From: Octopus sinensis
Taxonomy: Eukaryota
DNA: 64,000 nt
Assembly: GCF_006345805.1 (NCBI RefSeq)
Contig: NC_043006.1
Span: 51,460,001 to 51,524,000 of the forward strand
Direction of reading: 5' to 3'
The position numbers and the translations under genes were made by a program. Positions 26,678 through 40,656 of the stretch are shown here, piece after piece; position 1 is the first letter of the stretch, and every line of letters starts with the position of its first letter. The notes below the pieces were generated by a model. It worked only from the letters and a program-made list of their open reading frames with translations, did not search any database and had not been told where the DNA came from.

Positions 26678-27221
26678 TATATATCATCATAAACGATGAT
26701 GATGATGATATATATATTCTTGTGTATTTTGTTTCATATTTATATTTGCATTTTATATTTTCATAATTGTACTTTATAATCTCTGACGAGGCCTTGAGAT
26801 ATATATATAAGTAACTAATTTTTAACTGCATATTACCTCAATACATCTGACTAATATAGGCACAATGAGATACCTTTATCTACAGGCTGAAACAGCTGTA
26901 AAATCCATTTTATATGTAATATTTTTATGATATTATCTTACTTATTGATGTATATTGTTTTATTCTGTTGGATTTGGATGTTCCTAATTAATTAGTTAAT
27001 AAATTATATGAATTGGTATTATCTGTAAGTTGATGATTGAAAGGAATCTGTTCCTCCATTTTCTTATTTGTATTATATATATATATATAGATAGATAGAT
27101 AGATATGTGTGTGTATGTCGTTGAGAACTTAAAGGGAATCATTTCTTCATGATAAATGTTCTTCAGTGTGTACCACTTGTGGTGGGCTATGAGTTTAAAG
27201 TTGCAACAGAATGATTTTTTT

Positions 27222-28640
27222 TCACTTTTTTCTGTTTAAAGGCTTCTTTCCTGAATGTATTCGCTTGTGCGTCTTTAACATACTGCCGCTCATAAAAGAT
27301 TTCCCACACGTTATACAACGATAAGGTTCTTCTCCGGTGTGTACTCTTTTGTGGATAACAAAGTTAGAACTCTGGCTAAAAGATTTCCCGCAAGTTTCAC
27401 AGTGAAACAGCTTCTCCCCGCTGTGCGTTCGTTTGTGTTTTATTAAATCATATTTTGTGACAAATGATTTCTCACACGTTTCACAGTGAGACAAGTTCTC
27501 TCCCGTGTGTATTCTTCTGTGTATTGTCAAATTAGAGTTAGAAACAAAAGGCTTCCCACATATTTCACAACGATAGGGCTTTTCACCAGTGTGACTACGA
27601 TTATGGTTAACAAGTTTTGAATTACTAAAGAAGGATTTGCCACATATTTGACATTGAAACGGCTTTACTCCACTATGTATTCGTTTGTGTCTGTTTAATT
27701 CACCATTAGATACGAAAGATTTGCTACATACTTTACAAGAAAACGGTTTTTCTCCGGTGTGTCTACGTTTGTGAACCAAAATACCAGAATTGCTAACGAA
27801 TGCTTTTCCACAAATGTCACAATTATAAGGTTTATTACCAGTGTGTGCTGTTGCATGCGTTTTTAAAAAACTGTGAGTGGTAAAAGATTTTCCACATATT
27901 TCACAACGATAGGGTTTTTCCCCTGTGTGTAACATGGAATGTCTGCTCAAATTACCATTAGAGACAAAATACTTCCCACAGATATCACAGCGGTATGGTT
28001 TTTCACCAGAATGTAAGCGTTTGTGACTTTTTAAGTGACAATTAGAGGCAAAAGATTTTCCACATATTTCACAACTGTAAGGTTTTTCTCCAGTGTGACT
28101 ACGTTTGTGGATAACAAGATTCGAACTACTAATGAAAGATTTCCCACATATCTCACAGCGATTCGGTTTTTTTCCTGTGTGTAATGTTTTGTGTAATTTT
28201 AAATAACAATTATCCACAAAAGATTTTCCACATATTTCACAGCTGAAGGGTTTTTCTCCAGTATGACTACGTATGTGAACAACAAGATTCGAATTCTTCA
28301 TGAAAGATTTCCCACATATCTTACAAAGGAAAAGTTTCTCTCTAGTGTGAATCCGTTTGTGTTTTGTTAATTTCGTCCGTGAAATAAAAAATTTTCCACA
28401 CACTTCACACTGATAGTGGTTTTCCTTGTGTGTTTCTTTGTGTTTGAAGGCTTCATGTTTTGAAGGATATGTTTTCTTACAAATCTCACAGCAAAATTCT
28501 GGAACATTTCTGTGTGATGATCTTTGTACAGAAAAGGTTTTACTTGGTAAAGATTTTTCATTGCTGTATGCCTGTTTAACTGTATCTGTATCGGTAAAAA
28601 CAATTATGTTAGAGGTGTTCAAGTGATTAACATCTTCCAT
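27222..28640 (-). CDS. C2H2 zinc-finger protein, type A (A2), 15 fingers
   Basis: 472-aa ORF, MEDVNH start, 15 C2H2 repeats. Confidence 0.94.
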   Translation of the reverse strand: MEDVNHLNTSNIIVFTDTDTVKQAYSNEKSLPSKTFSVQRSSHRNVPEFCCEICKKTYPSKHEAFKHKETHKENHYQCEVCGKFFISRTKLTKHKRIHTREKLFLCKICGKSFMKNSNLVVHIRSHTGEKPFSCEICGKSFVDNCYLKLHKTLHTGKKPNRCEICGKSFISSSNLVIHKRSHTGEKPYSCEICGKSFASNCHLKSHKRLHSGEKPYRCDICGKYFVSNGNLSRHSMLHTGEKPYRCEICGKSFTTHSFLKTHATAHTGNKPYNCDICGKAFVSNSGILVHKRRHTGEKPFSCKVCSKSFVSNGELNRHKRIHSGVKPFQCQICGKSFFSNSKLVNHNRSHTGEKPYRCEICGKPFVSNSNLTIHRRIHTGENLSHCETCEKSFVTKYDLIKHKRTHSGEKLFHCETCGKSFSQSSNFVIHKRVHTGEEPYRCITCGKSFMSGSMLKTHKRIHSGKKPLNRKK

Positions 28641-29567
28641 ATTAATTCTCAGAGAATTCTTAAAAGCCGAGAAATGTCCTGATAATCTATTACGGTTCGG
28701 TTTCTTGATATGATGGGATATAACAGGTATATTTTTTACTTACTATTAAAATGCGTCTTGCAGAATGGGTCCAGTTCATGAGACACTGTAGACGTTTCCA
28801 GTTCTGTACATATACGTGTATGTGTAGTCCAAATGAAACAACAAACGGTAGAAAAGTTCACTGTTTAAACTATCAAGAACTTTTTGACTGAATGAAATAT
28901 ATAATAACGCAAGTGATGGAACATTCAGCTACATGTACCCACAGATATTAAGGGTTGTCCTGCATTCTTTCAAAAGTTGAAAGTTATTATGGGGAAAAGA
29001 AAAGGGCACGGAATGGTGTGATTGTATAGCGAAATTCAACTGTTTAAAGAACACTCAAATACCGTAACCTGAGATAACAATTACACATGATGCTTCCTTA
29101 GCAAAACTTATAACAGACTAAGTAGGCGGTGGAGTTGAAAATAATACCCCACTCAAGTGGATGACATCGGTGCTATAAGTTATGAGTACCAAGCATGAAT
29201 TAAAGACTCTTAACTTCGCCCGCTGAAATAAGTGCATTACGAAGGTCATTTACGAGTCAAAACGAAGGATCACCACAATTATTATTTATCAGAATTTTAA
29301 TTTTTTAGGAATACAAAAAAAAAAAAAAGGTAAACAAACGAGTCCGGCCTTCTTTTCGTAGTGAACTACAAACAAATGACACCGTCAGGATGCCATTATT
29401 TACGTAGCAGCAAATGCGAGGGCAATGTGAACACATGCACATACAAAGATAAAATATTTAGGAGAACGCGAAGCAAGTGTGATATAGATATCCACGGAAT
29501 AGTGCTCAGATATATGAGAACTTAAATTCTAATTTCTTCATCCAGAGCGGGTACCTCTGGGTGATAT

Positions 29568-31717
29568 TTATTTCCTTATTGCCCACAGGGGGTTAAACAT
29601 AGAGGGGACAAACAAAGGAATTAAGTCGATTACATCGACTCCAGTGCGTAACTGGTACTTATTTAATCGACCCCGAAAGGATGAAAGTCAAAGTCGACCT
29701 TGGCGGAATTTGAACTCAGAACGTAACGGCAGGCGAAATACTGCTAAACATTTCGCAAAGTTTTTATTTTCCACAAGGGGACAGTACAATCTGATATGGG
29801 GTCAGATTTAAACTAATGAATTGACATAAAGATGGATTTTAAAATTTTACATAAATATTAAGAGTTTGAATGATAACAACACATTACAAAATGGAGTTGG
29901 GAGGCTGGATGTGCTCGGAACTCACGAGCCCCGCCTCACCACTGATGCTTTGGGTTCATCCTGCATTGTATTCATGCGGTCCCATCCATACGCAGCATTC
30001 GTACGACATTCTTTCTTCGATCTTGAAACATTTTCGCGGACAGGCATTTTCTCTCTAATCCTATTTTCCTTCTTAAGTGGAAGGTGAAGAAATTCACCAA
30101 GCCAGGGCAGAGATAAAAATGCCTGTTATTAACCCATTCACTCGCGTCTTCCAAATAACCTCTCTCGCAATTGCTACAACGATGAGAAAGCAATTCTTAC
30201 CTTCTTTCGGTAGGAAATCTGCTGGGCAATTTTTTACTATTGACTCAGTTGATAGCTGTACTCTTCCTGTACTTGACAATAGTTGTTCGGCATAAACCCA
30301 CACACCACCGAACACTAAACAACAGCGTGCGGGATGGTTTCCCTGTCCCGCCCAAATCTTGGACAGGTCGTTGGGCCAGGGCCACCATGCCTTGCGAGCT
30401 TGTCCCGGACAGGTAAGGCTCCTAGGTAACATTGCCATGCGAAAGACTTCTGGAAGTTCTCTAGTGTCTTCAGCCCGAATGTACGTGTGTGTCTGCTGAG
30501 GGAGCTTTTTGCTTGTTCATGCTGGATGTTGAGGGGGTGGGATTGGGAAAAATAAAGTAAACTTTTGGTTACTTTTTTTCTTTTTACGGTAGACCATCCA
30601 TCTTCACTCCCAACTGGTTGAGTGTTTTCATTGTTGGGAGCCTGCTGGTCAGTCTTCTGTGTCTCTGCCTCTTCTGCATCCTTTTTTTATATATTGGGTC
30701 ATCTCCACCTTACGGATAGGACAGTTTGCCCGAATATGGCCCTTCTGTCCACATATGAAGCACCGGGGTCTTCTTCCCTCCACCATTACCCATAAGGTGG
30801 TTTCTTCTCTGAAGTATATATTTTCCACGATTTTTTCCAGGGTCTGGCCCGCTTGGATGATGACCTCGAGGCCTTGCTCCTTCCAGTTCTGCTGGGGGAT
30901 TTTTGAGACCTCTAATATCATTATTTCTTCTTCGAGCCCCATTAGTAGGGCTGGGAGTAGCTATGAGATGTTAATTTCTGGCGAGATCTCTTCTATTGTG
31001 ATCTTTGATGTATGCCTGCCTAAGTATGTTTGGCAGCAACACAATGTCTGTGGTTCTCAAAGGTTGCACTGAGTATGTTTTAGCCTTTTCTTCACTCTTG
31101 AAATAAACTACTACAGTGGCAAAGCATTTCCTTCTGGTCAGGTATTCTGTGTCCTGCCAGATCAGTTGTGGCTATTTTTCTATTTCTTCTTTTGGTGCTT
31201 TGTCGAGTTTCTTTTCCTTTATTACCAGAGTTTTAAACACAACTACTTTTTTTGCAGTTTCCTCTATGATTTCACTGAGGATGGTGGCTTTTACGTCATA
31301 TCCCTCCTTCAAAAACATGTTTTGGTGCTGCATTAGCACATTTTGATCTATACATATTTTATTTTCTCCTGCTGCAGCTGCAAAATCTATCTTTTTTGAG
31401 GGTTCAACAAGTTTGTCTGCTGTCGGCATACTTAACATTTCTCAGTTTTTTTCCTCTGCAGAGGAAGTATTCATTTTAAACAAAATTTGTGGAAAAACGC
31501 CACAAAAATGGATAATTACCCCATCTCACAGATGGGAATAAAAGTTCACACTGTCTACCACACGCAGAATACTATTAATAACAACACAACAAGGAAAGAA
31601 TTCTGTAACAATTTCAACACTAGCCTTCAAGCAAAAAAAATACCACAGAATTATTCACAAGTTACAATACCACTAAGCATTTCACCTGGCATGCTAACAT
31701 TTCTGCCACCTCGCTGC
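29568..31717 (-). mobile_element. tRNA-derived SINE family 2, split by the Tx1-like insertion
   Basis: 3' part 29568-29757, head ~31665-31717; 14-bp TSD CCTCTGGGTGATAT; other copies ~8678-8875(+), ~47760-47955(-). Confidence 0.8.
29758..31664 (-). mobile_element. internally deleted Tx1/L1-like non-LTR element
   Basis: Broken gag-like ORF1 with zinc knuckle CFICGQKGHIRANC, then an ORF2-like C-terminus (AREVIWKTR) and A-rich tail; interrupts a SINE. Confidence 0.7.
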
Positions 31718-32229
31718 CCTCTGGGTGATATATGATGACAGTAAATGGTGCTTGTTGATATAACATGGCCAATGAAGAGGATAAATAGAGCATATGCATG
31801 TCTGATGATGACCCATAAACATATACCTCAAGATGGTGAGAGAACTGCGATGATAAGAATGAAAGAAGGTTACCTAAGTGGCATCCTTCGTGACTCTGAA
31901 AGCAATGTACAGTGAACTGAAAAGATCAACTGCTATTCTTAATCACATCGGCAGCATAGAAGTGAGGAGAGTAATCAAGATTACTGGAAGGGTGTGTGAG
32001 CACTAGAAGCATTAGTGATAAAGGCAGCGGAAATAGAGACATGGGTGACAGAGTGATAGGTGTGTTAGATTATATATGTTCATAAATACATACACCCAGA
32101 GATATAAACGAATACATCCATATTCATGTATTATATATATACAAATTTGAACACATTTCACTATGTCCAGACAGATGGACAGGTCTTCTCTTAAACAGCC
32201 TGTTGCCAATCGACAGTCTTTTACCATCT

Positions 32230-33100
32230 CATCTATGAAATGCGACTGATAGTTTTTACCACTTTGTTCCAAGTATTCCTTGGTCTGCTCCTTCTGCAGG
32301 TTCTATTTACTTTGAGCACGTAATTTTTCTTTATATGGTTGCCCTCCTTCATTGACATCTAATGCCCAAACCAACAATCTTCTCTCTTGCACACTACATC
32401 TGATTCCTTTTATGTTAAGCTTTTCTCTCAGCTCATTTGTGCTCTGTTGTTTGTGCACACAAATATATTACACATCGAGTAAGCATGCACCGTTTATTTC
32501 TAATCTTAGCAAATCCTCTACATTCAAGACCTACATCTCACTGCTACATGACATTGCACTTCATCTGCAAGCATCATACAGTCATATCTCACTCTAAGAG
32601 AAAGCCTTTTGTTTCCAGAAGTAATACCTCTCTGAACTTTTTCCTCAACAGTTCTTCCTCCAGTGAAACAGATTTCTGAACAAACAAACCTACTAATAAT
32701 TAGATTCTCAAGGTAACTGAAGCTATCAACTAGTCTAGACATTGGAGAGAATCTATTTTGAACACACTTTTGCTACTCATTGTCTCTGTGCACCTGTTGC
32801 ATATGAAGTCTACCTTCTCTGTTAATCTGCTTGTGATCCTTCTACATCTCTTGTAACCGTAAGTTATACTGAGTGCATCATGTAGAATTCTTACCTGTCC
32901 CTTTTCTATACACTATTCATGACCATTCCCCTGATAGTAACAGGATTTTGTCTTCTCTTTTACTTACTAATATTTTAATCTTGAAGCTTTGGTTTTGTTT
33001 TCAAGTTAGGAATTTCTTTTCCAAGTTTGCTATTGATTCAACTATAAGAACTAGGTCACATATACAGGAATTCTCATGAGTAGCAAGTCTCAAACCCTTC
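32230..33100 (-). mobile_element. decayed RTE LINE fragment
   Basis: Reverse complement aligns by eye with ~57000-57650; similar + strand relic at ~43730-44000. Confidence 0.65.
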
Positions 33101-35324
33101 TGTTATGGTTTGGAAGTGAAGAGACGATTGACCTCTGATGTATCCCTACCGTCATGTTGAATTCATCACTATGTACATTACTCTCACCTTACTGACTGCA
33201 CTTTTCGATATTGCTTGTACAGCTCTCACAAGCTATTCATCTACTCTGAGTGTAAAATTCAATTAGTATAATAATAGATAAAACAAGTAAGTTTATCCTC
33301 CATTTTACTAAAAGAATATAAGATGTGATTAAGTCTTTTTATGGAAGATTAATAACTGATCAGAATTAAGAATTTCCTGTTTCTGAAAAAGAAGGTCAGT
33401 TTTGGAGATGCAGATTTAGTTATGTTGTACATATGCAAGGTAACAAGGAAAACTCATTAGATTGCAAGATCTATTATTTGTAGTGATTCTGAAAGGTTTT
33501 AACTGCATGCCGTCCAAAACTAGAGAGGGTGAGGTACAAGATTACTTCCTTGATATGAACAGTTTCTCTGTCTTTGTGATGATGGGGCTAGATTATCACG
33601 AATATAGGTTTGATGGGTTATTAAAGTCCAAGTCTATTCTTATTCAGAATTCAGCTCACCTAGATAAGTGAGAGGACTATATCTCACTCATAAAGACAAT
33701 ATGTTTCACATTTTAATTGCATCACGAATTAATCATATTATATTGCTTCGAGGTTACTACTTTCAACCTATTGACTACATTACTGCTATTATCATTTAAT
33801 ATACTAAATTATCTTACAATCTCTAATATTTAAAAATTAATATGAAATAACATCAACAAATTACACAGCTTTAAAGTAAACCATTGAAGATCAGTTTGGA
33901 TAAATATGCAAGTCTTCATTCTATTTATGATCAGTACAAGTTTTAATTAGATCTTCTACATATAAAATGAGAAAAGAATAATTTCAGGATAAAACAGCTT
34001 TATTTAAATTTCAGAGTAATGTGGTCACAATTTGGGGTAGCAGACACAAGTTTGAGAAAACATGGCAATAACTTGTATGACAGACATATCCAACCAAAAT
34101 GGATATTGATGAAGATGACGATGATTCACAAATTATACCAACTACTTTGCATTTTTATTAAGTTAAATGCTACACTGATACTTCCAAATTAACATTTAGC
34201 TTAGGCATCACGTCACAAAGCAATCATTGCAATAAAAGGGAATATTTGTTCATTCATTTCTCCATACTGACACAGGTTAGACAGAGATTTACTGATGCAA
34301 TATTTTACAACTAGATGGACTTCCTGTTGTCAATTCTTTCCTGCTTTTCAAGCAAGGGTCTTCTTAAAATCCTACATCATCATCATCATTTAATGTCTAT
34401 TTTCTGTACTGGTATGGATAAGATAGTTTGACAGGGTCTGATGAGCTGCAGAGCTGCGTCAGGTTCCAGTGTCAGCTTTGACATGGTTTCTATTGTTGGA
34501 CATCTTTCCTAATGTCACAAGGCTTTGAAAGTGTAGAGCTACAAGTTATTGCTTACAGGACATCCATGTTTTTCTCAGACAATGACACAGAGTGTAAGCA
34601 CTGGAAGAAGATATTTGATAAAGATGTCACACAGAGATGAAACCTGAAATCACAAGGTCACCAGCAAACTCCACATCCACTCAGCCATGCCTACGTAACA
34701 AAATTATATAGATCTTACGAACAACAGAATCATTTGTTAGTGGGGGCATATACATAACAAAATATCAACAATAACATATATAAGACACATGAAAGAATAT
34801 ATATCTAGAATATAAATAAACTGTTAATATGTTTATATCATTATATATTTCTCAAAGAATTTACCTACAATCTCAAATAAATAAATAGTATTTTATTTCT
34901 CTTCTGGAAATATGTTAGATGCAATATATATTAGTATTCTGAAAGAATATTTCTATTCATAATATCAGTGTGGTAAGTTTTCTCACAAATATATAGTTGG
35001 TATATATAAAAAAAAAGTATCTGAAAGTAGTTATACTGTTACATGTTCATTCCCAACTGGATGCATTTATTGTGAATCATATTTGTTTCATAGAACAAAA
35101 TTTGATATATTTCTGTGTAGTTTATTTATGCATTTTTATTTTTGAGAGAGAATCTGACGTAACACAATAGTTATATGGTTTTAGGGAGTGTTTGTCCAGG
35201 ATAGAACTACACAGCCACAGCAGGAGATGTATTAGGACATGAAAATGTAAAAGTCGGACTAGACTATTTTATGCACAACTCCATTGTCTCCCAAGACAAA
35301 AAAGGATGCCAACAATATATGGTT

Positions 35325-36140
<816 letters not shown>

Positions 36141-37224
36141 TTAAGTTCCTCTCATAAATCATTTTTCTATACTTTTACTTTTTTCACCACAATACAAGGA
36201 TATTTTTCTTCATTTTACTTTTATATTTTGACCAGTACAAATATTTCTGCTGATATACTTCCATCAACTGATATCTTTGTCAATATCTGAAGACACTGTG
36301 ATTTCCTTTGTAAAGTTTTCTCAAGTTTCATTAGAATCTCAAATCATCTATTACTTTTTCAGGCAGCAAAAGTTGGGAAATTTTGCTTTTAATGTCAGTT
36401 CAAGTAAATATTCTACAGGAATTCTACCATGAATTTAAATAAACAAAGTTGCTTAAGTTTGGTATAGCATCTTCCTTAAGCCTTTCCATAATAATATGCC
36501 AACTTCATTTGGTATTCTGAAATAGTAAAATAAAAACAGAATATGATACAGAGGATACTTAAAAAATAAAAAGATAATAGTGTAAGTCTTACTATCTTTC
36601 TATTCTGATAAACTGTAGGTATATAATTTCACCTAACCAATTGAATCCTATTCATCAATTTATTATAAAAATTACATCATACAGCCATGTGCGAAGTCTA
36701 CATATACTTGTAAATTATAGCCATAGCTTCAGATTGTTTAACATTATATAAGTTAAACTACTAAATAAGAAATGATAATTATCTGTGCATATTCAGAAAC
36801 ATCATTTGCCTTTGTGTTTTTGCTTTTGTTAAATCCAAGGTGAAGACCATCACTTCTCATGCGCATTATATATCAAGGACTCCATTTTCTTGTGTCTCTC
36901 TCTCTTTTAAGTAGATGAAGACAGACACAAAACACTCAGGTATTGGATACAGTTCATTATCACCATGATTGTCTTAACATCCACTTTTCTATACTTGCGT
37001 AGATCAAACAGAATTTGTTGAGGCAGGTTTTCTACAGACAGATATCCTTCCACTCACTAACTCCCCTGTTTCCAAGTAAGGTAATATTTCCTCATGGCCA
37101 AACATGTTTTTCAGGGAAGACTGGAAAAAACAACATTACTTGCATGATAGTGAGGTTTGTTTACAACCATCATGTGATGTCAAGACATACACGCATGTAT
37201 ATATGTAAATATGAAAGTTTCGCC

Positions 37225-37282
<58 letters not shown>

Positions 37283-37905
37283 TATATATATTTGTAAAAA
37301 ATGAAGTTCGAAAATGCTGCTGTATTATACAATTTTTAATTTTTATATATACATTATAACATGTTTCAGTTCCTGAAATGAACCTTATCAAAAAAAGTTA
37401 TATATAAAAAAAGACAGCTCATGCCGTCAAACAGAAGAAATTCATTTATAATACACAACGGAGTCAGACATCTTAGAGTTCATGTATAGTTGATATATAG
37501 TTCATGTATAGTTTGAAGTATATGTTCAAAGTGTTCGATGCAGTGGCCCACGGTGGCGATACGTATTCAATACAAAAAACAGATCAAAGTGGTGGAAAGC
37601 GGTCAATACAGAAGATTGATGTTTCCGAAAGAGCGAGGAATTCATTTTTACCTTAAGCAATTGTGATGACCCATGGTGGATGTTCGCTGGGTGGTTCTAG
37701 TGAGTTTTTGTGAAGTGCTCGGTTTTATAATGCCTGTTAGGTGGTCAATCCAGCGTAGCGTGACGTCATCAACGTTTTGACCAATCGTTTCGTTAGGTGG
37801 CTTTAGTCAAGTAGAACGGGACGTCATCCAGATTCTGCCCAATCACGACTTATAGCTACATTAGATCTGCCCCCTGTCTGTACTTGTTAGGTGACTAGTC
37901 AAGCA

Positions 37906-37952
<47 letters not shown>

Positions 37953-38786
37953 ATAGAAAATAAAAGAATGTCTCAAATGCAGGAAGGCTCTGATGATGGC
38001 TTAGAAAATTGGGTAAATACTCAACTTATAATTGTCCATTTCATCGCACACTTCATAATTTAAAAGATTCTAATACCATCACAAGTTGTGTGGTAAACGA
38101 AGCAACAAATCTAGTCTTAATTAACATCTTACATATATTTGTTTATTTTTGTCTCGTGCAGGAGGTGAAAAAATAGTATGTAAAATTAAATTTGCTGACT
38201 ATAAACCGAAGAAAAATTGGATGATCAAAGCTACTAAAATGCAAATGAAACTCTAGGGAATAATCTGCATTATTACATACATTGTTGTAGCTGTGAATAT
38301 ACAAAAGCCATGTATATTTCGTCGTTTCGGTGTTTTACTAAATAAAATTTTACTGTCGCTATCGAAAATAAATTACGTCGCTTTTCTCTAATTTTCTACC
38401 AGAACATCTGGTGATGAAAATAATTTAAATGTTTTGTGTCCATGGTTTAAATAATATAAATATTTACCTACATCATCATTCAGTCATTAGTAATCGGCAA
38501 GTACGGTAAAGGCTATTATATGATTCTAGTTGTCATATTATTATACAATCAACCAAAAAAGCAATTGCTGATTAAAGGCTCTCCTTGTATTTCTCCAAAA
38601 TTTCAATATTGTGTTTCCCAAATCTAAACAATACTTGTCGTCCTTTATTTCTTTTGCTGTCTCTTAGAATGCAGTCTTAGTTTTCGCTCACTTATTATCA
38701 CTTATTCCCTACACGCCTCCAGCACAATTTCTGGTACTATTTAAGAAGTGTGGTCCCGGTGCGCGTATGCAAATTAATAGATGGTT

Positions 38787-39061
38787 GGCGATGCTTCGGT
38801 ATATGTACCGGTGTACATTTCAAAAAAGTGCTTTTTTTATATAAGGGGATTTAAGGTTAGAATTAGGGTTTGTGTTAGGGTTAGGGGTGGGAGAAAAGGG
38901 TTTCTGTTTTCTTCAGAAATGTAAACAAAGTCACGTGTGTACATATACCGAAGCATCGCCACATACCCTACCCCCCCCCCCCATATATGAAAAAAACCCC
39001 ACTTTTTTGAAATATACCGCTACTTCCGGAAGTACACCGGTACATATACGGAAGCATCGCC
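38787..39061. mobile_element. Merlin-like MITE, composite copy of the 6214 family
   Basis: Same TIRs, internal TTAGGG units; 8-bp TSD AGATGGTT/AGATGTTT (one mismatch). Confidence 0.75.
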
Positions 39062-39113
39062 AGATGTTTTTTTTTAAATTAAAATTTTTTTACACAAAGT
39101 AAATTATTTTTTT

Positions 39114-39283
39114 GGCGTAACCTCGCCGCTATATGTACCGGTGTAAGTACCGGAATACATTTCAAGAAAGTGTTTTTTTTATATATGGGGAATTAGGGTT
39201 AGGGTTAGAGGTGGGAGAAAAGAGTTTCTGTTTTCTTCAGAAATGTAAACAAAGTCACGTGTGTACCTATACCGAAGATCGCC
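39114..39283. mobile_element. Merlin-like MITE, third copy
   Basis: GGCG...CGCC ends, TTAGGGTTAGGG core; 8-bp TSD ATTTTTTT. Confidence 0.75.
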
Positions 39284-39559
39284 ATTTTTTTTAAAACAAA
39301 GTAAGGCAATCTTTCGTTTTAACTCGTAATAATGTAAACACTGAATCGGTCATTTCCGTGACCACATGTTCTCTTGCCAATTATCAATTGGGAAGCTAAT
39401 GGGTTGTGCGTGTGTGCTTATTCTTGTTTGTTCCTCTGTGTGTTATTTCTATATTCCACAATTAATAAATACAAAAAAAACAAAACAGAACAGACACACA
39501 TAAACAGAAGAACAAGCAAGCACGCACGCACACACAGAGGAACAAGCAAAAGGTAGAAA

Positions 39560-39800
39560 GAAATACAAAGACCTTACCCGTTGACCTAGGCGGGATGAGT
39601 GATCAGTGTCTAGAAAAGCCACGCCCTTGCACGCTGCCGTCTTTCGTCCAACTGCTCGCTTGTGCTTTTTGCCCACGCATACCCCCGTGGCTCTTCCGCT
39701 GGACCCCGGAGTCTTCACTTTCGTTTACCTCATCTGCAATTCTCTCCACCAACACCAAATAGCTCATCACAGCCCATAACACCATAAACACCACACGGGA
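39560..39800 (-). promoter_or_regulatory. GC/CpG-rich putative first exon/promoter between divergent B2 and A3
   Basis: Local GC/CpG island; minus-strand donor CGG|GTAAGG at 39577; lies between head-to-head ZNF genes. Confidence 0.5.
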
Positions 39801-40656
39801 TCATTAGCTTTTGGCCGACAGATTTTTAAAATTATTTTTTGTATCTAAACACTTTCAAACTTCAGACAAACATCATCCCCTTCGAAATAGTTACCTTACG
39901 CAGCAATATATCTTCATATATCCTTTTGATTTCATAAACCTTTAATTTGTCAAACTTTTTTGCCTCCACCATATGTCACGTAAAGATTCTATCTAAAATA
40001 CAAAGGATCTACCTCTGTTATTTTTATTTTTCCAAGAATTTCTTCAGATTCCTATGTTTTCAATAACGGTGATTACGATTTGGCCCTATCAAGAAGCTGT
40101 ATTTTTTATTAGGTACATTTAACGTATGTCACCGGTATCATATTGCCAATGACACCGCCTACTTCGTACTCTTATAGTATGAAATAGCATTGAAAAAAAT
40201 GCTGTTATCGCATCAGTAATTTATTAATCTTTATAACTTCAACTGATCTGTGTATATTTGTGTAGCGACTATCTCATGTTAGGATGAACTCTAACATTTA
40301 GGAATAACCTACACGTTTCAAAGTCGGTGTTCCACTCTTTTATGATTTCATCCGAAACAGCTTTAATGGGACAAAGAAAATTGGATTTAAACTGTCAACA
40401 ATTAAGCGATTAGCTTTCCTGGTCCTTATCTCTCTTAAAATTAAACTAGAAATTTCTTTTTCGATTACAAGATGTTCATCTCTTTGGGAGGACCCATTCC
40501 GCAACGAGCGTTCTGGTGGTAAAATAGTAAAAAAAAATATCTAAACCTAATTTTTTTCACACATGTTAACAGAGTCCCATGATATGGAAGAAAAAAACTG
40601 AACCATAATTGATTATATATATTCAGACATCTCTTGGATCTTAAGCGGATATAAAT

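Noticed and set aside
37355-37400. Minus-strand hammerhead at the edge of a TA-flanked insert
   Set aside because: Core reads TTGATAA and stem I is unconvincing
38850-39210. Interstitial telomere
   Set aside because: Only 2-3 TTAGGG units, inside TSD-flanked MITEs
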